DNA from: Negativicutes bacterium
Lineage (GTDB): Bacteria; Bacillota; Negativicutes; JBAXTZ01
Reading direction: 5' to 3'
Length of the DNA stretch: 64,000 nucleotides
NCBI GenBank assembly: GCA_041666525.1
Contig: JBAYGT010000001.1
Coordinates: 132,014 to 196,013, forward strand
The position numbers and the translations under genes were made by a program. Below, piece after piece: positions 28,251-41,080 of the stretch; position 1 is the stretch's first letter; the number at the start of each line of letters is the position of its first letter. Under the pieces are notes generated by a model that saw nothing but the letters and a program-made list of their open reading frames with translations, did not search any database and was not told where the DNA came from.

Positions 28251-29693
28251 ATGTTTGAAAAATATCAGCCGACACCTAAAGTATACGATGAAATGTTCAA
28301 CAAAGATGGATCTGTTCGCCCTCACTATACTGAGTTGTACAAAACTTTTGACAAGCTTGACATGAAAAATCTTGCTGCCCGTCAAAACCGTATGGATGAC
28401 GAGATGATAAAGCAGGGCATTACTTTCACGCTGTACAACGAAGATAGTAACGCGCTGGAGCGTACCATTCCTTTTGATATTATTCCAAGAATCATTAGTC
28501 ATGACGACTGGACTTACATGCAACGCGGACTTAAGCAACGCGTAATCGCGCTTAATCGCTTCATTCATGATATTTATCACGAGCAAAGAATTTGCCGAGA
28601 CGGCGTTGTACCCCGCAAACAAATTGTTACTAATAAATACTTTCGTCCTGAGATGATGCACCAAAATGTTCCCGGCGACGTTTATATCTGCTGGTCGGGA
28701 ATTGATTTAATTCGCGCCGGTGACAGCGATTATTATGTACTGGAAGATAATTTGCGGACACCTAGCGGTGTTTCTTATCTATACAAGAATCGCTGGATGA
28801 TGGAAAAACTTTTTCCAGAACTGTTTTTTAATTATCACGTTATGAATTTAGATCGCGGCTTGCACCTGTTCCTGCGCGCATTGCGCAGTATCGCGCCTAA
28901 TAATAATTCTGATCCTACTGTCGTTTTGCTCACGCCCGGACGCTTTAATTCTGCTTATTTTGAGCACACCTTCCTTGCGCAAGAAATGGGACTGATACTG
29001 GCAGAAGGACAAGACTTAAAAGTTGTGAACAATAAAGTTTACCTTAAAACTTTACACGGATTGCGTCAGGTTGACGTAATATATCGGCGAATTGACGATG
29101 ATTTTATTGACCCGTTGGCATTTCGTCCCGATTCAATGCTGGGCGTTCCCGGTTTAATGAACGCATACCGCGCTGGAAACGTCGCTTTAGCCAATGCACC
29201 GGGTACCGGCTTTGCTGACGATAAAGCGGTATATACCTACGTACCGGACATTATCCGTTATTACCTGAACGAAGAACCGATACTGAAAAATGTACCTACC
29301 TATACTTGCGCACTCGAAGATGATCGAAAATTTGTCCTAGATAATATTGAAAAAATGGTTGTAAAGGAAACGTCCCTTTCCGGTGGCTACGGTATGTTAA
29401 TCGGACCGCACGCTACAAAAGAAGAACATGAACAATTTCGGCGGCAAATTTGTGAACGACCGGATGATTATATTGCCCAACCCACAATTCAGCTTTCAGC
29501 AGTACCTACCTTATGTGACGGTGTCATCGCTCCGCGGCGCGTAGATTTGCGTCCATATATTGCATTAGCTGCTAACGAAGAAATCAACATCATTCCGGGT
29601 GGTCTCACGCGCGTTGCGATGCGCGAAGGTTCGCTAGTTGTCAACTCCTCTCAGGGTGGCGGCAGTAAAGATACCTGGGTAATCGAAGAATAA
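28251..29693 (+). CDS. Circularly permuted type-2 ATP-grasp protein
   Basis: 480 aa. It matches the family that forms conserved operons with alpha-E and transglutaminase-like proteins. Confidence 0.75.
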   Translation: MFEKYQPTPKVYDEMFNKDGSVRPHYTELYKTFDKLDMKNLAARQNRMDDEMIKQGITFTLYNEDSNALERTIPFDIIPRIISHDDWTYMQRGLKQRVIALNRFIHDIYHEQRICRDGVVPRKQIVTNKYFRPEMMHQNVPGDVYICWSGIDLIRAGDSDYYVLEDNLRTPSGVSYLYKNRWMMEKLFPELFFNYHVMNLDRGLHLFLRALRSIAPNNNSDPTVVLLTPGRFNSAYFEHTFLAQEMGLILAEGQDLKVVNNKVYLKTLHGLRQVDVIYRRIDDDFIDPLAFRPDSMLGVPGLMNAYRAGNVALANAPGTGFADDKAVYTYVPDIIRYYLNEEPILKNVPTYTCALEDDRKFVLDNIEKMVVKETSLSGGYGMLIGPHATKEEHEQFRRQICERPDDYIAQPTIQLSAVPTLCDGVIAPRRVDLRPYIALAANEEINIIPGGLTRVAMREGSLVVNSSQGGGSKDTWVIEE

Positions 29694-29708
29694 TAGTTTG
29701 GAGGTCTT

Positions 29709-30683
29709 ATGATAAATGTCCGTGTCGCAGAATCAATTTATTGGACCGGTCGTTACACCGAAAGAATTATAAATCACACTAATCTTATCGATGTCAGTTT
29801 TCATAGTTACCTAAGCTGGACTGAAAACACTGATCTTCAAAACAACTTATGGCAACGATTGTTGAGCGTTCTTGGTGAAGCCGATGCTTATTGGGATAGA
29901 TATAACTCTCTAAACACCCGTCATGTACTTAACTTCTTGACGCTTGACCGAACTTACGGCAATTCGATTATTTCTTGCGCAAGTAGTGCACGCGAAAATG
30001 TGCGTGCGATCCGTCAGGAATTACCCACGCCGTTGTGGGAAACGATAAATAGTTTTCACCTATGGTTGACTGCTGAAAGTCAGTCCAAACGGATTTTTGC
30101 GTCCGACTTCAAACCCTATGATTTTTACAAGGGAATAAAACAAGCAGTAACATTGTTCCATGGCATTGCTGAAACTACCATGATAAGAGATGAAGAATGG
30201 CGTTTGTTGCAATTGGGTCGCTATATTGAGCGCGCCGAGAACATTTCGCGGTTAGTGTTAATGATGCACCGTAACACTTTAGAAATGCGGCAGAATATAA
30301 CCAACAACCGTTATCATCAGTTGACTGCAGCGCTTCGTGCTGTCGACGGATTGGAATCCTACCGGAAAATCAACGCTGATCGCGTCAGTTTGGCTGCCGC
30401 TGCCGCATTTCTTGTCGGACAACCACTTTTTCCGCGGTCGATACATTATAGTTTGACAATTTTTAGAAGAAATTTACTTGCGTTAGCCGCTCCAGCCGAG
30501 AATCTGCAATATTCGCCATTGGCGGATGTTGATGCACTGCTTGAGAAAATTGATGCCTACCGTGAGGAGGACTACAACCTTGATAGTCTCCCAGATATGG
30601 TTTGGAGTTTTCTTATTGCTTTAAATGTTATTGGAACAAAAGTTTACAAAACATATTTTCATGAGGTCGATACTATTCTATGA
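29709..30683 (+). CDS. Alpha-E domain protein
   Basis: 324 aa, all-helical prediction. It sits in the canonical position between the CP-ATP-grasp and transglutaminase genes. Its stop overlaps the next start (ATGA). Confidence 0.7.
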   Translation: MINVRVAESIYWTGRYTERIINHTNLIDVSFHSYLSWTENTDLQNNLWQRLLSVLGEADAYWDRYNSLNTRHVLNFLTLDRTYGNSIISCASSARENVRAIRQELPTPLWETINSFHLWLTAESQSKRIFASDFKPYDFYKGIKQAVTLFHGIAETTMIRDEEWRLLQLGRYIERAENISRLVLMMHRNTLEMRQNITNNRYHQLTAALRAVDGLESYRKINADRVSLAAAAAFLVGQPLFPRSIHYSLTIFRRNLLALAAPAENLQYSPLADVDALLEKIDAYREEDYNLDSLPDMVWSFLIALNVIGTKVYKTYFHEVDTIL

Positions 30684-31594
30684 AATTGAAAATCATGCAT
30701 CTCAACGAATATAGTTATGGTAATTTCATTACCGACGATGACAAAGAAACACATTTAGAACCTACTCTCATTGATAATAGTATCAACGAACTTCGGTTGA
30801 AACCACGCACTAATTATCGCCAGCACCTCGAATACTTTGATTTGCGAACTTCTCCTGCAGCTCCGGTTCGTTGGCATAAGGACTATTTTCATAGTGATAT
30901 AGCTTGTTTTGAAATAGTAGAACCGCACGACCAACTTGCTATTATTACAACTTCAGTAGTTTTAACCGCGGAAAACGAACCACGTTCCGGTTATGTTCTC
31001 AAACCAGAAGATGAACGGGCATTATTAAACTCTTCGCAATTTCAAAATCGGTATGCGGAATATTTATATATGACACCACAAACTCTTATTACTAAATCGG
31101 TAGCTGAGTATCTTAAAGATTTATATAGCCAGTGTTCTACTTCATGCATCTACGATTATGTACGCAGCCTCACTCATCAGATTCATGAAACGTTTCTGTA
31201 TCAGCCTGGATTAACCAATATCCACACAACTGTCGATGACACCGTGCGGTTAAAGGGCGGTGTCTGTCAAGACTTTGCTCACTTAATGCTGGCAACCTGC
31301 CGCAATATCGGCGTTCCCGCGCGTTATGTCAGCGGTTATCAATACATCGGCGATCTTCCGGAAAATGTTGGCAACGATAACTTGACTGTTGCTATGCATG
31401 CCTGGATTGAAGCATTTATTCCCGGCGCTGGTTGGCTGGGCTTTGATCCGACCAATGATAACATCATGAGTTGGCGGTATGTGAAGGTTGCAGACGGCCG
31501 AGATTATAGCGATATTGTTCCAATAAAAGGGGTATATCGCGGTAGTGCAATCCAAACTCTAAACGTAAAGGTTAAAATTGACAAACTTGATTAA
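30680..31594 (+). CDS. Transglutaminase-like cysteine protease-fold protein (TGc core with bacterial N-terminal domain)
   Basis: 304 aa. The Cys-His-Asp triad is intact: GGVCQDFAHL, HAWIEAF, GFDPTND. Confidence 0.8.
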   Translation: MKLKIMHLNEYSYGNFITDDDKETHLEPTLIDNSINELRLKPRTNYRQHLEYFDLRTSPAAPVRWHKDYFHSDIACFEIVEPHDQLAIITTSVVLTAENEPRSGYVLKPEDERALLNSSQFQNRYAEYLYMTPQTLITKSVAEYLKDLYSQCSTSCIYDYVRSLTHQIHETFLYQPGLTNIHTTVDDTVRLKGGVCQDFAHLMLATCRNIGVPARYVSGYQYIGDLPENVGNDNLTVAMHAWIEAFIPGAGWLGFDPTNDNIMSWRYVKVADGRDYSDIVPIKGVYRGSAIQTLNVKVKIDKLD

Positions 31595-31630
31595 ACAAAA
31601 AAACCACCTTAACGGTGGTTTTTTTGTTTA
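31595..31630. terminator. Bidirectional rho-independent terminator between the transglutaminase gene (+) and purA (−)
   Basis: AAAAAAACCACC-TTAA-CGGTGGTTTTTTT, a perfect 9-bp stem flanked by A/T runs on both sides. Confidence 0.85.
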
Positions 31631-31636
31631 ATCACG

Positions 31637-34221
<2,585 letters not shown>

Positions 34222-34238
34222 TATCCAGTCCTCCTGAT

Positions 34239-35612
34239 TTACCGACTGATTATTTCAGTTGCGACCAATACTCCAGCAGCCGAGGCTTGCGCTAATCCAC
34301 GCGTAACACCCGCTCCGTCACCAACCGCAAAAAGATTGCTTACTTGTGTTTCAAGTTTGTTGGTCAATTGCAAACGGTTTGAATAAAACTTCACTTCAAC
34401 ACCATACAATAACGTATGTTTACTGTTAACACCAGGAGCGAGTTTGTCCATCGCAGCCAACATTTCTATAATCGCGGTTAAATGACGATAAGGCAGCACC
34501 AAACTCAAATCACCCGGTGTGGCACTGGCAAGCGTAGGTGTTACCATCCCGCGCTTAATACGTTCCGGCGTCGAGCGCCGACCGCTTAACAAATCACCCA
34601 GTCGCTGTACAATTACTCCACCGCCAATCAAGTTTGCCAGCCCGGCAACTTCTTTACCATATTTAATCGGTTCCTTAAATGGTTCAGTGAATTTTTTAGA
34701 AACTAAGAGCGCGAAATTAGTGTTATCGGTTCGCTTTTCAGCGTAACTGTGTCCATTGACGGTTATCAAACCGTTAGTGTTTTCAGTAACTACCGCGCCA
34801 TATGGATTCATACAAAAAGTTCGCACTTCATCGTCAAAAGTCTTGGTATGATAAATCAATTTAGACTCATAAACGACTTCTGTAATATCCTCCAAGACCA
34901 CCGCGGGTAGTTCAACGCGCACGCCGATATCGACTGCATTGCTAGTCATCGTCAAATTAAGCTTAGTCGCTTCTTTCGAAAACCATTCCGCCCCCTCGCG
35001 TCCCGGGGCCGCAATCACGTATTCGGCGTACAATTCTCGCCCATCTTCCAATCGCACACCAACAACTTTATTGTCTGCCACCACTATTTCTTTAGCAGCG
35101 CACAAACAATTAATGCTGGAATTTTTTTCTAAATAATCGTACATCCGTTTTAGTATTTTCATACAATTATCTGTACCCAAGTGCCGGATACGCGCTTCCA
35201 AAAATTGTAGTTCAGCAGCAGTCGCCTTGCGCTTTAGCTCACGAATCTTTTCAGCAGGTTCGCTGCCAAAAACGCGATCCGGGGCGCCAAATTCTACGTA
35301 AATATTATCAATATATTCAATCAGTCGCTGCAGTTCCTGCTTACCAATATATTCGTCAAGAACGCCGCCAAAGGCAGTTGTCAAAGTCATTTTCCCATCA
35401 GAAAATGCACCGGCACCGCCCCAGCCAGACATGATATCGCACGGATTACAACCGACACAGCTAACTGATTGCTCACCAGCCAAACATTTGCGCTTGTTAA
35501 TCGATCGGCCTTTTTCCAGAATGCAAACATTTTTGCCAGCTCGAACGAGCTCAATTCCTGCAAAAATTCCGGCCGGCCCGGCACCAATAATTATGACGTC
35601 AAACTTTTTCAT
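34239..35612 (-). CDS. FAD-dependent oxidoreductase of unknown function (COG2509-like)
   Basis: It has an N-terminal Rossmann motif (MKKFDVIIIGAGPAGI) and a GD-type FAD motif (LFAVGDGAG). The chosen start is the ATG at 35612. Upstream Met codons have no RBS. Confidence 0.6.
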   Translation of the reverse strand: MKKFDVIIIGAGPAGIFAGIELVRAGKNVCILEKGRSINKRKCLAGEQSVSCVGCNPCDIMSGWGGAGAFSDGKMTLTTAFGGVLDEYIGKQELQRLIEYIDNIYVEFGAPDRVFGSEPAEKIRELKRKATAAELQFLEARIRHLGTDNCMKILKRMYDYLEKNSSINCLCAAKEIVVADNKVVGVRLEDGRELYAEYVIAAPGREGAEWFSKEATKLNLTMTSNAVDIGVRVELPAVVLEDITEVVYESKLIYHTKTFDDEVRTFCMNPYGAVVTENTNGLITVNGHSYAEKRTDNTNFALLVSKKFTEPFKEPIKYGKEVAGLANLIGGGVIVQRLGDLLSGRRSTPERIKRGMVTPTLASATPGDLSLVLPYRHLTAIIEMLAAMDKLAPGVNSKHTLLYGVEVKFYSNRLQLTNKLETQVSNLFAVGDGAGVTRGLAQASAAGVLVATEIISR

Positions 35613-35678
35613 TCGCACCTCACAAAAAAATGTCCAAAGCTTCACGAAGAAACTTTGAACATTGTGTTTCCCTGCCGA

Positions 35679-35707
35679 AGTATAGCAAAACAATTCTTTT
35701 CAGTCAA
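35679..35707 (-). promoter_or_regulatory. Sigma70-type promoter upstream of the FAD oxidoreductase–purB–purA genes
   Basis: On the minus strand: TTGACT, a 17-nt spacer, then TATACT. A roughly 60-nt leader containing a small hairpin (GAAAC..GTTTC) precedes GAGGTG-ATG. Confidence 0.55.
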
Positions 35708-35743
35708 TATAATAATCAACAATGGCCTTTTTCTGATTCACCA

Positions 35744-37180
35744 TTATTTGGCAAGTTCGATTAGTGTTTTAACCATTGAACCACTCGCGCCAGCCGGATT
35801 GATTCCTAACGCTGTATCATTCCAGGCTGTTCCGGCAATGTCGATATGCACCCAAGGGCAATTATCGACAAATTCGCCAATAAACAAGCCACCCGCGATG
35901 GCACCGGCAACCACTGAACTGTTCTTCAAATCAGCAAACGGCGACTTTAATAGCTCTTTATACTCGGAATAGTTGGGAAATCGCCATAGTCTCTCGTCAG
36001 CAGCTACCCCCGCTGAAACTATTTTATAACACCATTCAGAATTATTGTCTACAATTCCAGCTGTCAGATTTCCCAAAGCTTGACGGCAAACACCAGTTAA
36101 TGTGGCCACATCAACCACGCGTGTTGCCCCAAGATGTACAGCATAAGTGACAGCGTCGGCCAAAACAATTCGACCTTCGGCATCGGTACTATGGACTTCC
36201 ACCGTTTTACCGGACATAGTACGGATTATTTCACCGGGTTGCAAAGCGCTTCCACTTGGCATATTCTCACAGAGCGTCAATACCGCCATAATATTGGCCG
36301 GCAATCCCAGTTGAGCGATTGCCTTCATCGCGGCCAATACTGCTGCCGCTCCAGCCATATCACGTTTCATTATAGTCATCATGGCCGGTTGCTTCAGCGA
36401 CAATCCGCCGCTGTCAAAAGTAATGCCCTTCCCAACATAAGCGGTCATTTCGCTGCTTTGCGGAGCTCCATAATATTTTATGACAACCAATTTAGGTGCT
36501 TCAGAACTACCTCTGGCTACCCCGAGTAGCCCCCCCATATCCAATTCTTGCATTTGCAATCGATTTAAAATACTACACTCAAGTTTGTATTGTTCAGCAA
36601 TTGCCCTGGCTTCATCCGCCAAAAAACTTGGCGTGCAAACTGAAGGCGGAAGATTGGTCCACTCTCGGGCAAGATTAATGCTTTCAGCAGAAATTACTGC
36701 CGCCTGAACCGCGTTCTCGATTTCGATACTATTTGCCGCAATTACTTCAATTGACACCAATGATTTTCGTTTTTTAGACAGATAAGTGTCGAACTCATAA
36801 TTTCCTAAGGTTATTCCTTCAACTGCAGCAACGATACTTTCACCACTGAGTTCAACAGTATCAATAGCAACAGTCTCAACTTCAAGCAGTCGTAGTTTTC
36901 TGCCTAATGTGCCAAAACAATTACGCACATCACGCCGTTCTACCGAGCTCTTACTGCCTAAACCAAGTAAAGCAACTTTTTTATCACCAAATGGAATAAA
37001 AGTCATTTCATTTGGTTTAGTTGATGATTCTATGCCATTGGCAATGTTGCTGAACATGTTCATGCTTAATTCATCCAAATCGGCCAAAGTTTCCTTCAAG
37101 TTGCTTTCAACAAATATCGGCACAACAAGTATTTGCGCCATACTATCACCTATTCTCTGGCTACTTATTCTAACATTCAT
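35744..37180 (-). CDS. pepA: Leucyl aminopeptidase (M17)
   Basis: 478 aa with the NTDAEGRL-type motif (HSTDAEGRIVLAD). Confidence 0.9.
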   Translation of the reverse strand: MNVRISSQRIGDSMAQILVVPIFVESNLKETLADLDELSMNMFSNIANGIESSTKPNEMTFIPFGDKKVALLGLGSKSSVERRDVRNCFGTLGRKLRLLEVETVAIDTVELSGESIVAAVEGITLGNYEFDTYLSKKRKSLVSIEVIAANSIEIENAVQAAVISAESINLAREWTNLPPSVCTPSFLADEARAIAEQYKLECSILNRLQMQELDMGGLLGVARGSSEAPKLVVIKYYGAPQSSEMTAYVGKGITFDSGGLSLKQPAMMTIMKRDMAGAAAVLAAMKAIAQLGLPANIMAVLTLCENMPSGSALQPGEIIRTMSGKTVEVHSTDAEGRIVLADAVTYAVHLGATRVVDVATLTGVCRQALGNLTAGIVDNNSEWCYKIVSAGVAADERLWRFPNYSEYKELLKSPFADLKNSSVVAGAIAGGLFIGEFVDNCPWVHIDIAGTAWNDTALGINPAGASGSMVKTLIELAK

Positions 37181-37213
37181 AGTTTTAATCCCTTTCTAAA
37201 TAGAACTAGCAAA

Positions 37214-37666
37214 TCACTTTTTACCAGTGCTACCAAATCCACCGTTGCGGGTGGTATCGGTTTGATCATCGTCTGCAATCAAGTATTTATAAAATATTCC
37301 TTGTGCAATTCGCTCACCGGCAGTAATAGTCACCGCAAAATCACTCATATTAACTAAAGCAATCATTACATGGCCCTCGTTATCAACGTTGTTATAATAA
37401 TCACTATCAATAATCCCTTGTGAATTTGCCAGCATCAAGCCACTTTTCAAGGCTAATCCCGACCGGATATGTAATCCCAGATACTCATCTGGCTGCATAT
37501 AAGCCTTAATTCCGGTCGGAACCAAGCCAATTTTATGCGGCTCAATTGTCACTGTCACGGCAGCAGCAAAATCATAACCGGCACTAAATTTCGTTTTTCT
37601 GCAAGGAATAACCGCGAACGGATAAAAATATTTTTCCACCAACTCAAACCCTCTTAATTTCATCAA
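37214..37666 (-). CDS. dut: dUTP diphosphatase
   Basis: 150 aa with dUTPase motifs: SAGYDF, RSGLALKSG, GIIDSDY. Confidence 0.85.
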   Translation of the reverse strand: MMKLRGFELVEKYFYPFAVIPCRKTKFSAGYDFAAAVTVTIEPHKIGLVPTGIKAYMQPDEYLGLHIRSGLALKSGLMLANSQGIIDSDYYNNVDNEGHVMIALVNMSDFAVTITAGERIAQGIFYKYLIADDDQTDTTRNGGFGSTGKK

Positions 37667-38724
37667 TCCTCCATAATTTTTAAGTAATCATAATAACTCA
37701 GCATATCAACCAGCGACAACACATTTTTCGACAATCCGTTAACGATAACTATCTCGCCTGGCATCAGCAAATCACTGACGGAAATTTTTAGTGTTGTTGC
37801 GAACTTAGCCTCCAGTCGCCTGATATTATCTTTGCGCTGACCAACTACTTTTGATAATTCGCTTTTACTGCAAACAAAACTATCCACGCCATAATTTTTT
37901 ATCAACAAATATAATAAACAATAAAACCCAACGCTATCAACCATTTCGCCAAATGCTGGATGAAACGGCCCGGCAACGACTTGTCCGTTTCGTAGCTCAT
38001 CACTCGGTTGTATACCGGTACGGATAACTCTTATACCTTGAGAACGGGCAACTAATTTCAGCCAACTTGCAGTAACTAACGCCTGCTTCATAGTTTGCGG
38101 ATTATATCTGCCCTCAAAAAATAGTTGTTCCAGTTTTGTGCCTCGGAGTACGAGCGTCGGATGAATTCGCAGCATGTCAGGAGCGAGTTGCATTAAACGT
38201 TGCAACGTCAGCAAATAAGTTTCTTGAGTTTCGCCCATTAATCCAGTCATGAGGTGTATTCCAGCAATCAATCCGGCATTTTTAACCCGCTGAACGCTAT
38301 TTACAACAGCTTCATATGTATGACGGCGATTATTGGCTGTCAGTACCGAATCGCAAAGCGATTGAGCGCCGATTTCCACTTCAGTAACGCCATGATTTTT
38401 TAGCTGCTGCACAGTCTCTATGTCCAATGCATCCGGGCGCGTTGACACCCGGATACTGGAAACAGTTCCTCTATCAACAAGAATCTTGCCAAATTTTAAT
38501 AACGCCAACCGCTGTTCGAACGGTATCGACGTAAAAGTACCGCCATAATATGCGAGCTGTATATCAGTGTTTCTTAAATACTCCAACTGGCGATTTATTT
38601 CTGTCGTAACTTCCGCTAGCAAAGCACTGCAGCAATTACTCTCCACAGCGCTTTGATTACAAAATACACAACGATCACTGCATCCGGCATTCGCTAAAAA
38701 AATCGGTAATATTGTTTTTTTCAT
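37663..38724 (-). CDS. Radical SAM protein (Elp3/MiaB-like family, function unknown)
   Basis: It has a CSDRCVFC cluster motif about 15 aa from the ATG at 38724. The longer ORF in the track starts at TTG inside the rnc tail. Confidence 0.65.
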   Translation of the reverse strand: MKKTILPIFLANAGCSDRCVFCNQSAVESNCCSALLAEVTTEINRQLEYLRNTDIQLAYYGGTFTSIPFEQRLALLKFGKILVDRGTVSSIRVSTRPDALDIETVQQLKNHGVTEVEIGAQSLCDSVLTANNRRHTYEAVVNSVQRVKNAGLIAGIHLMTGLMGETQETYLLTLQRLMQLAPDMLRIHPTLVLRGTKLEQLFFEGRYNPQTMKQALVTASWLKLVARSQGIRVIRTGIQPSDELRNGQVVAGPFHPAFGEMVDSVGFYCLLYLLIKNYGVDSFVCSKSELSKVVGQRKDNIRRLEAKFATTLKISVSDLLMPGEIVIVNGLSKNVLSLVDMLSYYDYLKIMED

Positions 38725-38784
38725 AATTCTCACAATTTTCGTGAATAAAAAAAGCAGCTTACGCCGCTTTTGATTATAACCCAA

Positions 38785-39489
38785 TTATTTTGATTTTTCT
38801 ACTTTTTGCAAGGCTTGTTTTGCAGCCGATTGCTCTGCGTTTTTTTTACTTCGCCCGCTTCCGTAACCATATTTTTCTTTTTTGATAAAAAGCGCTACTT
38901 CATAATTCTTATCGTGATCCGGACCGCTGCAAGAAACAACATTATACTCAATATCATCGCTTTGCAAGCCTAAATCGTTTTGAACATATTCCTGCAACTC
39001 GCTCTTATAATCACTGCGCTGTTCCGTACGGCGCAGCTCTTCGCCAAATATGCGGTTAACAAAATTAAGCACTGCATCATATCCCTGATCAATATACAAT
39101 GCGCCGATTATGGCTTCGAATGCATCAGATAATATCGACGCTCGTTCACGCCCGCCAGTAACATCCTCGCCTTTACCCAAGCGCAGATACTTTCCAACGG
39201 AAAACTCGCTGGCTTTTGCCGCCAGCGACTTTTCACAAACCACATTTGAACGCCTTTTTGTCATCTCACCTTCAGGCATATTGACGCTATGTTTAAACAG
39301 ATTATCGCTGACGCATAACTCAAGAACCGCATCGCCGAGAAATTCCATCCGCTCATTGTTGCAACCATCTGTTCGCTTCTCGAAAGAGAACGAACTATGT
39401 GTTAACGCCGTTTCCAGAATAGCAGTATTGTGAAATTTCACTCCCAATAGCTGTTCCAGCTCGCTTAAATAATCGGAATTATCAGCCAT
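38785..39489 (-). CDS. rnc: Ribonuclease III
   Basis: 234 aa. It has the RNase III signature ERMEFLGDAVLEL and a C-terminal dsRBD. Confidence 0.9.
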   Translation of the reverse strand: MADNSDYLSELEQLLGVKFHNTAILETALTHSSFSFEKRTDGCNNERMEFLGDAVLELCVSDNLFKHSVNMPEGEMTKRRSNVVCEKSLAAKASEFSVGKYLRLGKGEDVTGGRERASILSDAFEAIIGALYIDQGYDAVLNFVNRIFGEELRRTEQRSDYKSELQEYVQNDLGLQSDDIEYNVVSCSGPDHDKNYEVALFIKKEKYGYGSGRSKKNAEQSAAKQALQKVEKSK

Positions 39490-40723
39490 TATATTTTTTT
39501 ACGGCAAGCGTAGCATTATGTCCACCAAAACCAAACGAGTTAGTCAGAGCTGCGCGCACAGTCATTTTCGCTGCTTTATTAGCTACATAATCCAAATTCA
39601 TATCGGGTTCAAGATTTTGAATATTCATTGTCGGCGGTACAATATCGTTCATTACCGTCAAGGCAGTGGCAATAAATTCCACACCGCCTGACGCTCCCAA
39701 TAAATGCCCGACCATTGATTTGTTAGAACTGACCTTCATTTTATAAGCGTGCTCACCAAACACTGTTTTGATAGCTTGAGTTTCGTTGCGATCATTTATC
39801 GGCGTAGATGTTCCGTGCGCGTTAATATAGTCAACTTCTGTTATAGCAAGATTAGCATCTGAAAGTGCTAATTCCATACATTTCGCAGCCATCTCCCCTT
39901 CAGGCGCCGGGCAGGTAATATGGTAAGCGTCGGCGTTAGTGCCATAACCGACAAGTTCGCAATAGATATGCGCGCCGCGATCCAGTGCATGTTCTAGCGA
40001 CTCCAAAACGACGATGCCGGCTCCTTCGCCAAGTACAAATCCGTCACGATCTGCATCAAATGGACGTGAAGCAGTTTGCGGATCATCATTACGCGTAGAC
40101 ATCGCTTTCATATTTTCGAAACCGGCAATACAAATTGGTGTTACCGCTGCTTCCGTTCCACCCGTAACCATTACATCCGCGCTTCCGCGCTGAATTATTT
40201 TCATAGCTTCGCCGATTGAATTTGTACCACTCGCACATGCAGTAACGATTGGGAAACACGGTCCTTGGAGTCCAAAAATCATTGATACCATACCACTCGG
40301 CATACTCGGAATTATCATCGGAACCATCAGCGGGCTAACCCTCGAGTGTCCTTTGTCAAAAAGCTTTTGGAAATTATCGCCAAGGGTTATTATACCGCCC
40401 ATTCCCGTCCCGACTAAAGTACCAATACGCGTTTTGTCTTCGACGGCTAAATCAATTTTACTATCATCAAGCGCCAGTTTGGAAGCGGCAACTGCAAATT
40501 GAGTCACCCGATCCATACGCCTCGCTTCTTTTTTGTCCATATACTGCGCAGGATCAAATTCCTTGATCTCTGAAGCAATTTGCGTTGAATAGCCTTCTGG
40601 ATCAAAAGCCGTTATTCGCGCGATTGAAGATTTTCCTGCTAAAAGATTATCCCAAAAAAGTTCATATCCAATTCCAAGTGGCGTCACAGCGCCAAGTCCG
40701 GTAACTACTACACGTTTATTCAT
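39482..40723 (-). CDS. fabF: 3-oxoacyl-ACP synthase II
   Basis: 413 aa, KAS II family, with the Cys-His-His active-site pattern (ACASG...HGTST...GHLLGASG). Confidence 0.9.
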   Translation of the reverse strand: MNKRVVVTGLGAVTPLGIGYELFWDNLLAGKSSIARITAFDPEGYSTQIASEIKEFDPAQYMDKKEARRMDRVTQFAVAASKLALDDSKIDLAVEDKTRIGTLVGTGMGGIITLGDNFQKLFDKGHSRVSPLMVPMIIPSMPSGMVSMIFGLQGPCFPIVTACASGTNSIGEAMKIIQRGSADVMVTGGTEAAVTPICIAGFENMKAMSTRNDDPQTASRPFDADRDGFVLGEGAGIVVLESLEHALDRGAHIYCELVGYGTNADAYHITCPAPEGEMAAKCMELALSDANLAITEVDYINAHGTSTPINDRNETQAIKTVFGEHAYKMKVSSNKSMVGHLLGASGGVEFIATALTVMNDIVPPTMNIQNLEPDMNLDYVANKAAKMTVRAALTNSFGFGGHNATLAVKKYNG

Positions 40724-40777
40724 TATTCCTCCAAAAAAACTGATTATTATATACTATTATTAGCTGGTGCTAATAGA

Positions 40778-40808
40778 AAGTAAAAAAGAAAGCCTCGCTA
40801 AGCGAGGC
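40778..40808 (-). terminator. Rho-independent terminator downstream of acpP
   Basis: GCCTCGC-TTA-GCGAGGC followed by TTTCTTTTTTAC on the minus strand. Confidence 0.6.
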
Positions 40809-40814
40809 AGAGGC

Positions 40815-41057
40815 TTACGCCTTTTTCTCATCAATTAACTTTACTGCGTCTTTAATTGCTTTAATTTTTTCCGCCTCGTCATCAGGAAGTTCAATTTCAA
40901 ACTTCTCTTCAAACGCCATCATCAATTCAACAATATCCAACGAATCAGCGCCTAAATCATCGATGAAAGTTGATTCCATCGTGATATCATCGGCTTTAAT
41001 TGTAAGTTGCTCAGCAACTATAGTTCTTACTTGATCAAACGTTGACAAATCATTCAC
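40815..41057 (-). CDS. acpP: Acyl carrier protein
   Basis: 80 aa with the DLGADSLD phosphopantetheine attachment motif. Confidence 0.9.
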   Translation of the reverse strand: MNDLSTFDQVRTIVAEQLTIKADDITMESTFIDDLGADSLDIVELMMAFEEKFEIELPDDEAEKIKAIKDAVKLIDEKKA

Positions 41058-41080
41058 CTCCTTTAACGCTACTTAGTATA

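Noticed and set aside
36134-36707. Plus-strand ORFs of 131 and 75 aa
   Set aside because: They are antisense to leucyl aminopeptidase. They have no RBS and no recognisable family.
38725-38784. 20-aa N-terminal extension of the radical SAM protein (MGYNQKRRKL...)
   Set aside because: It begins with a TTG inside the rnc stop region and has no RBS. The ATG at 38724 places the CxxxCxxC motif at the usual distance from the N-terminus.
40809-40830. Second hairpin (GGC..GCC TTTTT) on the plus strand near the acpP stop
   Set aside because: The stem is weak at 3 bp. It is better explained as part of the minus-strand acpP terminator region.
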